64,000 bases of DNA from positions 992,001 through 1,056,000 of the forward strand of contig OZ245003.1 in assembly GCA_965223425.1 (NCBI GenBank), in the 5' to 3' direction. Shown here one piece after another: positions 39,061-48,375 of the stretch. This DNA is from Nitrosopumilus sp. GTDB taxonomy: Archaea; Thermoproteota; Nitrososphaeria; Nitrososphaerales; Nitrosopumilaceae. The number at the start of each line of letters is the position of its first letter. Within the stretch, counting starts at the first letter, position 1. The translations under genes and the position numbers were made by a program. The notes beneath the pieces are model-generated. The model ran no database searches and was not told where the DNA came from. It saw only the letters and a list, made by a program, of their open reading frames with translations.

Positions 39061-42000
39061 TTGCAACGATTGATAAAACCACCATTGCTTGCAACAGTAG
39101 CAGCAGCAACAGCGCTTGTTCTTCTGATTCCACTTTGCATCCCCTTTGCTGATGCCACGATAGATTCGCCTGTTCCAGTAGCCTCTGTCACTGACGGCCA
39201 GACCCATTCCAACGGCCAGACATTTGACGAGCTTGCAGGCGCACGTGCCATCACCACCGTAAAGATAGGCACCAGTATCTATGCCCTGGTTGCAGCATTC
39301 GATGACCACGGCGTCCAGATAATCAACATCACTAATCCCGCAAACCCCGTTCCGACTGCCTCCTTTGATGACGGGGATCGCGTTACAGTCGACGGGACAA
39401 CCAAGACATTTGACGAGCTTGGAAGCGCCACTTTCATCACCACAGTAAAGATAAGTTCCAACACGTACGCCCTGGTTGCAGGAGGCCTTGACAGAGGCGT
39501 CCAGATAGTCGACATTACAGATCCCGCAAACCCCGTCCCAACAGCCTCCTTTGATGACGGGGACACCGTCACAGTCGACGGGACACCCAAGACATTTCAC
39601 GAGCTTCGCGACATAAATGGCATCACCATCGTAACTATCGGCACCAGTACGTACGCCCTGGCCACAGCAGGCATTGACGACGGCGTCCAGATAGTCGACA
39701 TTACAGATCCCGCAAACCCCGTCCCGACTGCCTCCTTTGATGACGGGGACACCGTCACAGTCAACGGGACACCCAAGACATTTGACGAGCTTAACGGCGC
39801 ACGGGCCATCACCACCGTAACTATCGACTCCAGTACGTACGCTCTGGTCGCATCAGGCGATGACGACGGCGTCCAGATAATCAACATCACTAATCCCGCA
39901 AACCCCGTCCCAACAGCCTCCTTTGATGACGGGGACACCGTCACAGTCGACGGGGAAACCAAAACATTTGACGAGCTTAACGGCGCATGGGACATCACCG
40001 CCGTAAAGATAGACACTAGTATCTATGCCCTGGTCGCGTCAGACGATGACCACGGCGTCCAGATAATAGAAATTACTAATCCCGCAAACCCCATCCCGAC
40101 TGCCTCCTTTGATGACGGGGACACCGTCACAGTCGACGGGACACCCAAGACATTTGATGAGCTTCGCGGTGCAGAGGGCATCACCACCGTGAAGATAGGC
40201 ACCAGTACGTACGCCTTGGTTGCAGCATGGAATGACGACGGCGTCCAGATAATCAACATCACTAATCCCGCAAACCCCGTCCCGACTGCCTCCTTTGATG
40301 ACGGGGACACCGTCCCAATCGCCGGGGCAACCAGGACATTTGACACGCTTAAACGCGCATATGGCATCACCACAGTAACTATCGGCTCCGGTACCTACGC
40401 CCTGGTCGCAGCAGAAGCTGATCACGGCGTCCAGATAGTCGACATCTCGGCAAGAACTATTCCAGGCCAGACCACGCCAGTAATCAAACTTTTCGGTGTG
40501 AACCCGCACCTGATGGAGCTTGGCGGCGCCAACTATACAGAGTCCGGGGCCACGTGTAATGATGCAGACGGCACCGATCTAACAAGCAAAGTCATCATAA
40601 ACAGCGACAGTGTCAACAGGCTTGCCGTGGGGGAGTACCAAGTTACCTACGACTGTGCAGCAGATGACAGCGGCAGCGACAGCAGCAGGGCCGACACCAT
40701 GATCCGCAAAGTCGCAGTCCGCGACACCGTAAAGCCCGCATTTGTAGTCGATGAGCACGACGCAGACTATACCACCACCATAAACCTTGGGGGCATATAC
40801 GTTGCAGGCACGATCCTAAACGTGACTGACCGCGACCAGTTCACCCAGAGCACAGAGAACGCCGAGACAGTCAACACGGACAGTCCTGGAACCTACTACG
40901 TCACATACACCGTCACTGATGCCTCTGGCAACTCGCACACAATAACTGAGACCGTAATAATATTTGATCCAAGGCCCCCCGCAATCACGCTAAACGGCGA
41001 CAACCCGTACTTTGTGGAGTGGGGCTCCGGATACGACGAGCCGGGTGCCGTATGCATTGACGGTGCAGGCGATGACACGCTCTCCCCGGAGAACCTCGTG
41101 ATAAACTTTACCGCACCAGTTGACGCACTCACCGTGGGCTTCTACGAGGTCAGCTACTACTGTACGGATCCAGACACCAACATTCACACAGGCCCCGTGG
41201 TCCGCCCGGTTACAGTCCGCGATACGGTGTCACCCGTAATTGTTGATGCCTCCATGCTCGGGGCAGGCACCATAGTCCTGACCTACAGCGAGCCAGTCGA
41301 CGTAAAGTCCGATGCGACTGACGGCTCCGGGTTCGGGCTGTCTGACGGAGGTGGAACAGTACATTTCAACTCGGATCCCGCAGGCGCCGCCAACAAGATA
41401 ACGCTTGGCATCTCCGGGCGTAACGGCTCCACTGCCGATCCGCCTGACATCACGTATGATTCTGAATCCGGAGGAAGCGTGGAGGACACCAACGGGAACG
41501 CCGCGCACACGGGGACCTTTGATGGAACCATAGATATGGCGCCCCCCATACCAAAGTCTGCCCGCACGTCCAACTCCACTGCCATTCACATCGGGCTTTC
41601 AGAGGCAGTAGCTGACGCCGGTGTCGCTCCCGGCGACTTTGCGCTGTCTGTGGCCCCCTCAGCAGTAACGCCTGTTAATGCTACTGTGCATGCAGGTGAT
41701 GATGATAATCTCCACGCTGCCCCGCATGTCACCTCCGTGTCAGTTGACGGCTCCCGCATCACGCTCCTCCTAAACGGCACGCTGCACGGAAACCAGGACG
41801 TCAAGGTCTCATACCAAAAGGGCGGCTCCATCGGTACGGGCACCGGTTCAGGCGGCACCATAAACGACCTCTCAGGGGGCACCACGCTTGCCGGCTCTGT
41901 TCCGATCGGCCAGCAGGCAGACTTTCCAGTCGCCATGACCCTCTCCAAGGACGGCACAACAATTTTTGTGCTTGACTTTTTTAACAGCCTGCACGCATAC

Positions 42001-45000
42001 GGTTTGCCTGCCCCGTGGGACACATCCGGCGCATCCCACGCATACACCACCCCGCTGTCATCGCTGATACCGCCCGTTCCAGTCAACAGCACCGTCACGG
42101 TGAACCCCGAAACTTACATGGCGGGCCTGACCTTCTCTGATGACGGCACCAGGCTGTTTGCCACAGACGCGCTGGACGGCTCTGTCATCCACGAGTTTGC
42201 GTTCTCCTCCCCGTGGAACGCCTCTGCTGAATCCTTTTCCTCGTACACTGCCCACTCTTTATCCCTGTCCGGCATCGGGCCCAACACGGATCTGCGCGGC
42301 ATTGACTTCTCGCCGGACGGTACCACCATGTACATCGCAAGTGACCTCAACGACCAGATACACGAGTTTTCCCTTACTGATGCGTGGAACGCCTCCTCTG
42401 CCTTCCCGACGCCGCACAGCATCTCTGCGCAGGGCCCCCGGGCAGACGCTGCAGATGTCACTGCAGGCATCGCCTTCTCCGCTGACGGCTCCCGCATGTT
42501 CGTGGCAGTGCCTGATAAAAACCTCATAAACGAGTTTGCGCTTTCAGAGGCCTGGAACATCTCAAGTGCCGCACACGCGGGATCATTCAGCCCAGGGCCG
42601 TCCGTATTCAGCGTCCTCCCCCCCGGTTCCCTGTCCTTTGTTGACGTGGAACTGCCGTTTGAGCCCTCTGACGTGGCCTTCTCCGCTGACGGCACCAGCA
42701 TGTTCGTGCTAGATGAGAGCGCAGGCGATGACTTTCCTGATTCGGTATCCGGCCTGACGCCCGCAGTAAAAGGGTACGCTCTGGCGCCCCCTGCCAAACC
42801 CTTTGATCCCGGGGCCCTCCCAAACCAGCTCGGGTCATTTGGGCTGCGTGAGGTCCAAAACACCCTGCCTGTGGCAAGGGCAGGCCCTGACGTCTTTGCA
42901 TATACGAACACGGCAGTGTCCCTTGACGGCACCGGCTCGTATGACGCAAACGGCGACACCCTGGCATACCTGTGGGAGCAGACTGGAGGCCCGGGGAACG
43001 TGGCACTGGATGATCACACCCTGCAAAAACCGGCGTTCATAGCACCTGCAGTGGCAGACTCGGGGCCCCCCATCGTACTGGAGTTCACGCTGACGGTAAG
43101 TGACGAAACAGGCAACGCAGACCGTGACACGGTGGCAGTAACGGTGCTTGCAGGCGTGGGTACGCCTGCTATAGTGTCTGCCAGCGTGGTCAGTGCGACG
43201 CAGTTTGAAATAGTGTATAACAAGGCAGTACACGGAAACAGCACCGATTACACCAACCTTGTAATTGACGGCAGGGGGCAGACAGTCGGTGTGGTGGCCG
43301 GCACCGGGACTGCAACTCACACCGTCTCATATTCCCCCTCTGATACAACGGCAACAACAACAACAGCGACTGATGCGACAGGCACCGTGGATATCGGCGC
43401 GGGAATTACCGATGCCCACGTGCCTGACATCTCGCTGGTTCCAGTTGTCGGCCAAACGCTGTCTGACGGCGTTGCCCCTACGCTGGTTTCTGCCAGGACG
43501 GGTCCTGCCTCAAACCAGATAGACGTCACCTTCTCTGAGGCTGTCCGCAGCGGCGCCTCTGATGACTTTGTCGGCTGGAGTGTATCGCTGGGAGACAACA
43601 ATGACAACTACAACACAGTCATTACAGTCACCGGCCTTGACGGTACCGGCAGCACTGCAACCCTGACGCTGCAAAAACCGGTCATGCCCAGTGACGCAAC
43701 GCCTGACGTAACGTACGATGCCGCTGCGGGGAGCGTCTCAGATGCGGCAGGCAACCCGCTGGCAACTGCAACTGTCACCGCTACTGCGGGACATCCTGCA
43801 GGTCTTCACATCCACCTGATCGGCGATGCCTTCCTATACCACCCGTACGGGGAACCGTACACCGACAAGGGCGTCCTGTGCCATGACGCAGACGGAAACG
43901 ACATAACTGACACCGGCGACTATGAAACCCTGCCATACCTGCAGCAGCTAAACAAGACCAACGTCAACCTTCATAAAGATACCGTTCTTAATTTTACCCA
44001 CCAATCCCAAAACGAGTACCGCCCATTTGATCCGCAGGAGGTAATATACAGGTGTGTCACCCCGCTTGGATCCGTAGAGGAGGGCAGGACCGTAGCCCTG
44101 CGTGATGAAACCCCTCCTGAAATCCGACTAAACGGGCCACGCGACGTGGATCTGGAGATAGGCAAGACATTTGATGAGACTGCCACGTGCACTGACGCTC
44201 CTCTCAAATACCAGAGAGAACGTCTAACCGGTGCCTTTTATCTGACTTTTACCATCTCTTCCCTCCCTGACGGGTACCAGGACACCGCAGGAGAGTACAC
44301 GATAAGCTACACATGTTCGGACTCTAAAGGCAACGACGCAGAGGATACAAGCAGGACGCTTCATGTAGGCACGCCTGACAACACGCCACCCGTGCTTGCA
44401 GTCAACCCCGGTGTGGTGACCACCCTGGAGAACGGCACGCATACCGTACGGCAGGATGTCGGCTTTGCAGCAGCAGGTGACGGCGGCCTGCAGACAGCAG
44501 TATCCTGCACGGACAACAGGGATGATACCCCCGCAATCACCCTTGATCCTGCCACGGTGGACACCTCGTCTGCTGGCACCCACGCCGTAACGTACTCCTG
44601 CACGGATGCTGCCGGCAATCCATCTAATACAGTCACAGTCACCTGGGATTTCGGTCCTGCAGCCCCCGTGCTTGCAGTAACGCCCGCAGACACCGCAGTC
44701 ACGCTTGCAATCAACGCATCATACAGCATCCCCACAGCATCCTGCACAGACCACAAAGACGGTGATATCACCAACACCGGGATTCTAACTGCCATCTCGT
44801 CTGGAGGCCAGTCAGTCGACGAAATAGACACCTCCTCTGCAGGCACCTACGATATAACGTACTCCTGCTCAGACTCTGACGGCAACACAGTAGAGCACAA
44901 CGTGACAGTCACAATCCGGGCTGCCACAACTGACAACACGCCGCCTCACATAGTGCTAAAGTCGCCGCCCCTGACACTGTTTGTTCCGGCCGGAGCCGCC

Positions 45001-47679
45001 TTTGCAGATGCCGATCCCGGCGCCTTCTGCATTGATGGCCAGGACGGACGCACAGACGAGGGAATCGACGTGGATGCCACCGCACTTGACACGGCCGTTC
45101 TTGGCAACCACACCGTGACGTACTCCTGCACGGATTCTGGCGGCCTCCGGTCTGACACCATATCAAGGCCAGTCAGCGTGTACGGATTCACCGTAAACGG
45201 GAACATCGCCGACTTTGCAACTGACATCACCACCTCTGATGTCTACGAGCCATACGCAATCCTAGACATTACGAATATCAAGAATGCGTCACCCAGCAAA
45301 AAGTATTACGATACAGACGGGCAAGACACTGCCCCCTTTAACGGAACAACGCTCCAGGCGGGAACCTGGAGCGTGACGTATGCCGTCTCTGGCCGCGACG
45401 ACGTGTCAAATCCGATCAACTTTGCAATCGAGGAGACCATAACCGTGGCTACTGCGACTGCACCGCCGGATGACAACGTCACCCCGACTGCGAGAATCAG
45501 CGCGCCTGCCACCGCAGACGAGGGAACACTGGTAACCCTTAACGGCACCGGCTCGACAGACACTGACGGCACCATATCATCATACGCATGGACCACCAAC
45601 GACACGTCCATCACAATAACAAACCCCTCTCAGGCAACTGCATCATTTACGGCGCCTAATGTCACAAAAGACACCCGGCTAGTCATCACGCTGGATGTAA
45701 CTGACAACAAAAACGCTCCAGGCTCTGCACAGCACACCATGACCATAACCAATGTAAACCAGCTACCGGACGGTACACCTGACACCACGCCTCCAACCTT
45801 TACGGTAAACGGCAACGCAGGCGACTTTGCGACGTCCCTAACAGAAGGCCAGACCTACACGGAGGGCACGATAGGCAACATCATAGAGGCTGACAGCCCT
45901 CCGACCGACCAGGGGACAAGGTACTATAACGGCACCGGCGATGCTGCCACCATCATCACTGCCGAAAACGAGATCGACTCCATTAACGGTACCCAGCCTG
46001 CAGTCGGAAGCTACACCGTACAGTACAGCGTCTCTGACTCGGCCGTTCCGCCAAACACCCACACAATCACAGAGACGGTAACTGTGGGTGAGGCATCAGT
46101 GATTGCACCACCTCCACCACCTTCTCCTCCTCCTTCCAACACGCCACCAACCATTACGCTTAACGGCAATTCCACAGTAACGGTAAAAGAGAGTCTACCG
46201 GGGGAGGAGGATCCACTGTACGATGATCCCGGTGCCACCTGCACGGACAGCGAGGACGCCGACGCTGAAGGCTATCCTGAACTGAAGACAGGCGGCGACA
46301 CCGTACGCACCTCCGTCCCCGGCACATACGCCATCACGTACTACTGCCTGGACTCTGACGGAGACAGGTCAGAGACCCTGACCAGGGAAGTCACAGTCAC
46401 AGAAGAAAAGCCCAAGCTCGCACTTGACGGCCCTAACCTCGTATCCCTGCCAATTGGGGCGTCATCTGACATGATCAATAACATAAACTTGAACGCCACC
46501 TGCACGGATCCGCAGGAAGGCACCATTAATGACAGAATCGAGGTGCAACTGCTGTTCGGCAACCAAACGTCAATTGATACGGTAAATGACATATCGGACA
46601 TATCGGATATACGGAACCAAATCAAGACCGACCAGCGCGTCACCTACGAGATAGAGTACTCCTGCACAGATCGCAACGACGGACGCTCAGCCGAACCTGC
46701 CATCATAAAAGTCGAGGTGGGCAGATCCGGCGGCGGCGGTGGCAGCAGCGGAGACGTCTCTGCCCCCTCAATCCGCACGGGCTTTGATGCGGGCCAGTAC
46801 CCCCTGGTATACGACGGGGTAAAGTACGGCCCTGACACGATTGACTCGCCCCACACTGCCACGATACGCGCAGGCAGCGGCGAGAGGCTTCTCAGCACCC
46901 TCACAGTATACGAGAACGGCGGGGCGCAAAACGTACAACACGTCGACATGTTTGTCGCACACGACGGCAGGACAATACACAACGACGGCACGGAAACCCA
47001 CGTGACATACGATTCGGGCAACGTCCGGATAACTGATCCGCACGGCCTGATTGCCAGCGCCACTGTGGATGCGTCTGCCCTCGACGCCACAAAGGCGCAG
47101 TTTGAGTTTGCCATAACCTTTGCCAAAAAGGTCCCGCTCTCTGACGTGCTGTACCGCCTGTGGGACACCGGCAGAAACGCGCTTTACATCCACCTTGAGG
47201 ACGCCCTTGTGGTGTCTGAGGGAAGGAAAGGCGGAGGCGGAGGTAGCAGTGGCGGCAGCAGCAGCGGTAGCAGCAGCAGCAGTGGCGGAGGCGGAGGCGG
47301 CGGCGGCAGTAGCAGCAGCAGTACTGCCACCCCAGCCACCGGCAGCGGCAACGGCACAACCACAACAACCACCACCACCGCTGGCAACGGCACCGCAGCT
47401 GACACTGCAGACAAACAGCAACCACAACAACAACAACCCCTACAAGGCTTTACCGCAGAACAGCTTGACACCCTAAAGCAGTGGGGCGGATTTGCGTCCC
47501 AGTCCGCATCTGACTCGCAGCTTTTAGCCCAGTTCGGAATAGAGGGCACCAGCATACCCCCATACTTTAAGCAGACAGCAAAGTGGTTCCTTGATGCAGA
47601 TGACGGCGGTGACGGCCTGACTGCGCAGGAGTTTGTCGCAGCGCTGTCGTACCTTGGGCAGCGCGGGCTGCTAAACTAG
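39061..47679 (+). CDS. Giant (2872 aa) multi-domain surface protein/adhesin
   Basis: Signal peptide; 7 x 60-aa LVIVD-like repeats; many DUF5011-like Ig repeats; a second propeller (FSxDGT repeats); PKD-like domains; Gly/Ser/Thr/Gln linker; C-terminal IP.YFKQTAKW...EFV.AL.YL thaumarchaeal module. Confidence 0.9.
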   Translation: MQRLIKPPLLATVAAATALVLLIPLCIPFADATIDSPVPVASVTDGQTHSNGQTFDELAGARAITTVKIGTSIYALVAAFDDHGVQIINITNPANPVPTASFDDGDRVTVDGTTKTFDELGSATFITTVKISSNTYALVAGGLDRGVQIVDITDPANPVPTASFDDGDTVTVDGTPKTFHELRDINGITIVTIGTSTYALATAGIDDGVQIVDITDPANPVPTASFDDGDTVTVNGTPKTFDELNGARAITTVTIDSSTYALVASGDDDGVQIINITNPANPVPTASFDDGDTVTVDGETKTFDELNGAWDITAVKIDTSIYALVASDDDHGVQIIEITNPANPIPTASFDDGDTVTVDGTPKTFDELRGAEGITTVKIGTSTYALVAAWNDDGVQIINITNPANPVPTASFDDGDTVPIAGATRTFDTLKRAYGITTVTIGSGTYALVAAEADHGVQIVDISARTIPGQTTPVIKLFGVNPHLMELGGANYTESGATCNDADGTDLTSKVIINSDSVNRLAVGEYQVTYDCAADDSGSDSSRADTMIRKVAVRDTVKPAFVVDEHDADYTTTINLGGIYVAGTILNVTDRDQFTQSTENAETVNTDSPGTYYVTYTVTDASGNSHTITETVIIFDPRPPAITLNGDNPYFVEWGSGYDEPGAVCIDGAGDDTLSPENLVINFTAPVDALTVGFYEVSYYCTDPDTNIHTGPVVRPVTVRDTVSPVIVDASMLGAGTIVLTYSEPVDVKSDATDGSGFGLSDGGGTVHFNSDPAGAANKITLGISGRNGSTADPPDITYDSESGGSVEDTNGNAAHTGTFDGTIDMAPPIPKSARTSNSTAIHIGLSEAVADAGVAPGDFALSVAPSAVTPVNATVHAGDDDNLHAAPHVTSVSVDGSRITLLLNGTLHGNQDVKVSYQKGGSIGTGTGSGGTINDLSGGTTLAGSVPIGQQADFPVAMTLSKDGTTIFVLDFFNSLHAYGLPAPWDTSGASHAYTTPLSSLIPPVPVNSTVTVNPETYMAGLTFSDDGTRLFATDALDGSVIHEFAFSSPWNASAESFSSYTAHSLSLSGIGPNTDLRGIDFSPDGTTMYIASDLNDQIHEFSLTDAWNASSAFPTPHSISAQGPRADAADVTAGIAFSADGSRMFVAVPDKNLINEFALSEAWNISSAAHAGSFSPGPSVFSVLPPGSLSFVDVELPFEPSDVAFSADGTSMFVLDESAGDDFPDSVSGLTPAVKGYALAPPAKPFDPGALPNQLGSFGLREVQNTLPVARAGPDVFAYTNTAVSLDGTGSYDANGDTLAYLWEQTGGPGNVALDDHTLQKPAFIAPAVADSGPPIVLEFTLTVSDETGNADRDTVAVTVLAGVGTPAIVSASVVSATQFEIVYNKAVHGNSTDYTNLVIDGRGQTVGVVAGTGTATHTVSYSPSDTTATTTTATDATGTVDIGAGITDAHVPDISLVPVVGQTLSDGVAPTLVSARTGPASNQIDVTFSEAVRSGASDDFVGWSVSLGDNNDNYNTVITVTGLDGTGSTATLTLQKPVMPSDATPDVTYDAAAGSVSDAAGNPLATATVTATAGHPAGLHIHLIGDAFLYHPYGEPYTDKGVLCHDADGNDITDTGDYETLPYLQQLNKTNVNLHKDTVLNFTHQSQNEYRPFDPQEVIYRCVTPLGSVEEGRTVALRDETPPEIRLNGPRDVDLEIGKTFDETATCTDAPLKYQRERLTGAFYLTFTISSLPDGYQDTAGEYTISYTCSDSKGNDAEDTSRTLHVGTPDNTPPVLAVNPGVVTTLENGTHTVRQDVGFAAAGDGGLQTAVSCTDNRDDTPAITLDPATVDTSSAGTHAVTYSCTDAAGNPSNTVTVTWDFGPAAPVLAVTPADTAVTLAINASYSIPTASCTDHKDGDITNTGILTAISSGGQSVDEIDTSSAGTYDITYSCSDSDGNTVEHNVTVTIRAATTDNTPPHIVLKSPPLTLFVPAGAAFADADPGAFCIDGQDGRTDEGIDVDATALDTAVLGNHTVTYSCTDSGGLRSDTISRPVSVYGFTVNGNIADFATDITTSDVYEPYAILDITNIKNASPSKKYYDTDGQDTAPFNGTTLQAGTWSVTYAVSGRDDVSNPINFAIEETITVATATAPPDDNVTPTARISAPATADEGTLVTLNGTGSTDTDGTISSYAWTTNDTSITITNPSQATASFTAPNVTKDTRLVITLDVTDNKNAPGSAQHTMTITNVNQLPDGTPDTTPPTFTVNGNAGDFATSLTEGQTYTEGTIGNIIEADSPPTDQGTRYYNGTGDAATIITAENEIDSINGTQPAVGSYTVQYSVSDSAVPPNTHTITETVTVGEASVIAPPPPPSPPPSNTPPTITLNGNSTVTVKESLPGEEDPLYDDPGATCTDSEDADAEGYPELKTGGDTVRTSVPGTYAITYYCLDSDGDRSETLTREVTVTEEKPKLALDGPNLVSLPIGASSDMINNINLNATCTDPQEGTINDRIEVQLLFGNQTSIDTVNDISDISDIRNQIKTDQRVTYEIEYSCTDRNDGRSAEPAIIKVEVGRSGGGGGSSGDVSAPSIRTGFDAGQYPLVYDGVKYGPDTIDSPHTATIRAGSGERLLSTLTVYENGGAQNVQHVDMFVAHDGRTIHNDGTETHVTYDSGNVRITDPHGLIASATVDASALDATKAQFEFAITFAKKVPLSDVLYRLWDTGRNALYIHLEDALVVSEGRKGGGGGSSGGSSSGSSSSSGGGGGGGGSSSSSTATPATGSGNGTTTTTTTTAGNGTAADTADKQQPQQQQPLQGFTAEQLDTLKQWGGFASQSASDSQLLAQFGIEGTSIPPYFKQTAKWFLDADDGGDGLTAQEFVAALSYLGQRGLLN
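39170..40450 (+). repeat. 180-bp tandem coding repeat x7
   Basis: Near-identical blocks ggcgtccagata...cccgcaaaccccgt...gcctcctttgatgacgggga recur every 180 bp. Confidence 0.92.
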
Positions 47680-47918
47680 GGACGCCAATAACAACGACAC
47701 CCCGCCCAATCAAGGACAGAACGGCCAGCTGCACGGCTAACTGCCAGGTGAGATTGGAGAATCTTCAACGTATCCGGATCCTGCAATTGCGACCAGGGCC
47801 TGGTGTTATAGCTTTTGCAGTCGGTCATGACAGTATTGCTGTTTTCAATGTGCCTGGAGGTGATGACACATCTCAAATGAGAATGATTCGGGAACCCTCT
47901 TGCCATATCCTGAATTTA

Positions 47919-48212
47919 ATGCCAAAGAAACAAGCCGTCCTCCCATCTGACACCGTAACCCACGAGCTGGTGCGGGCATACAAGACAAGCGACGTGCGGA
48001 CTGACCAGTTCGGTTACACCTGGACGAAAAACTCGTACGGCACGTGGTACTACCTTGAGGGTCCCACACCCCACACCGGCACTGCCTGCACTGACGTCAA
48101 CAACAGGCTGTGCGACGCGTTTGCCGCAAAGATGGCAGGGCACACGGCGCTCATGGAGCAGCTGCGCGATGCGGAGTACGGTGCTGACGTGTACAAAGGC
48201 GGCAAAAGATAG
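47919..48212 (+). CDS. Short GC-rich ORF, probably an orphan C-terminal fragment of a surface protein
   Basis: TDQFGYTWTKNSYGTWYY...CTDVNNRLC; same GC-rich codon style as the giant gene. Confidence 0.45.
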   Translation: MPKKQAVLPSDTVTHELVRAYKTSDVRTDQFGYTWTKNSYGTWYYLEGPTPHTGTACTDVNNRLCDAFAAKMAGHTALMEQLRDAEYGADVYKGGKR

Positions 48213-48248
48213 CAGTAGCGGTAGCTTTTTGCGTTTTCTCAAAAAATA

Positions 48249-48324
48249 GTCTGTTGCACAACCACGCCTAAACTAGTAAAAACAACGAGATTTTTGTACT
48301 TGAAATTGAAGTTATGCAACAGAC
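48249..48324 (+). mobile_element. MITE-like element (best preserved copy)
   Basis: TA|gtctgttgcacaac...gttatgcaacagac|TA; 14-bp TIR with 1 mismatch; 76 bp. Confidence 0.8.
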
Positions 48325-48375
48325 TACTATATTATAAAGTTTAATATACTGAGTTTTGATTCGATCGATCGGATT

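Noticed and set aside
39170-40450. Diversity-generating retroelement VR/TR pair
   Set aside because: No reverse transcriptase in the window, all repeats are coding, and the differences are not limited to adenines.
47230-47440. GGC/AGC/ACC/CAA microsatellites
   Set aside because: Low-complexity Gly/Ser/Thr/Gln linker of the surface protein; no separate function evident.
39010-47555. Numerous antisense and alternative-frame ORFs within the giant gene
   Set aside because: Expected shadows of GC-rich, repetitive coding sequence.
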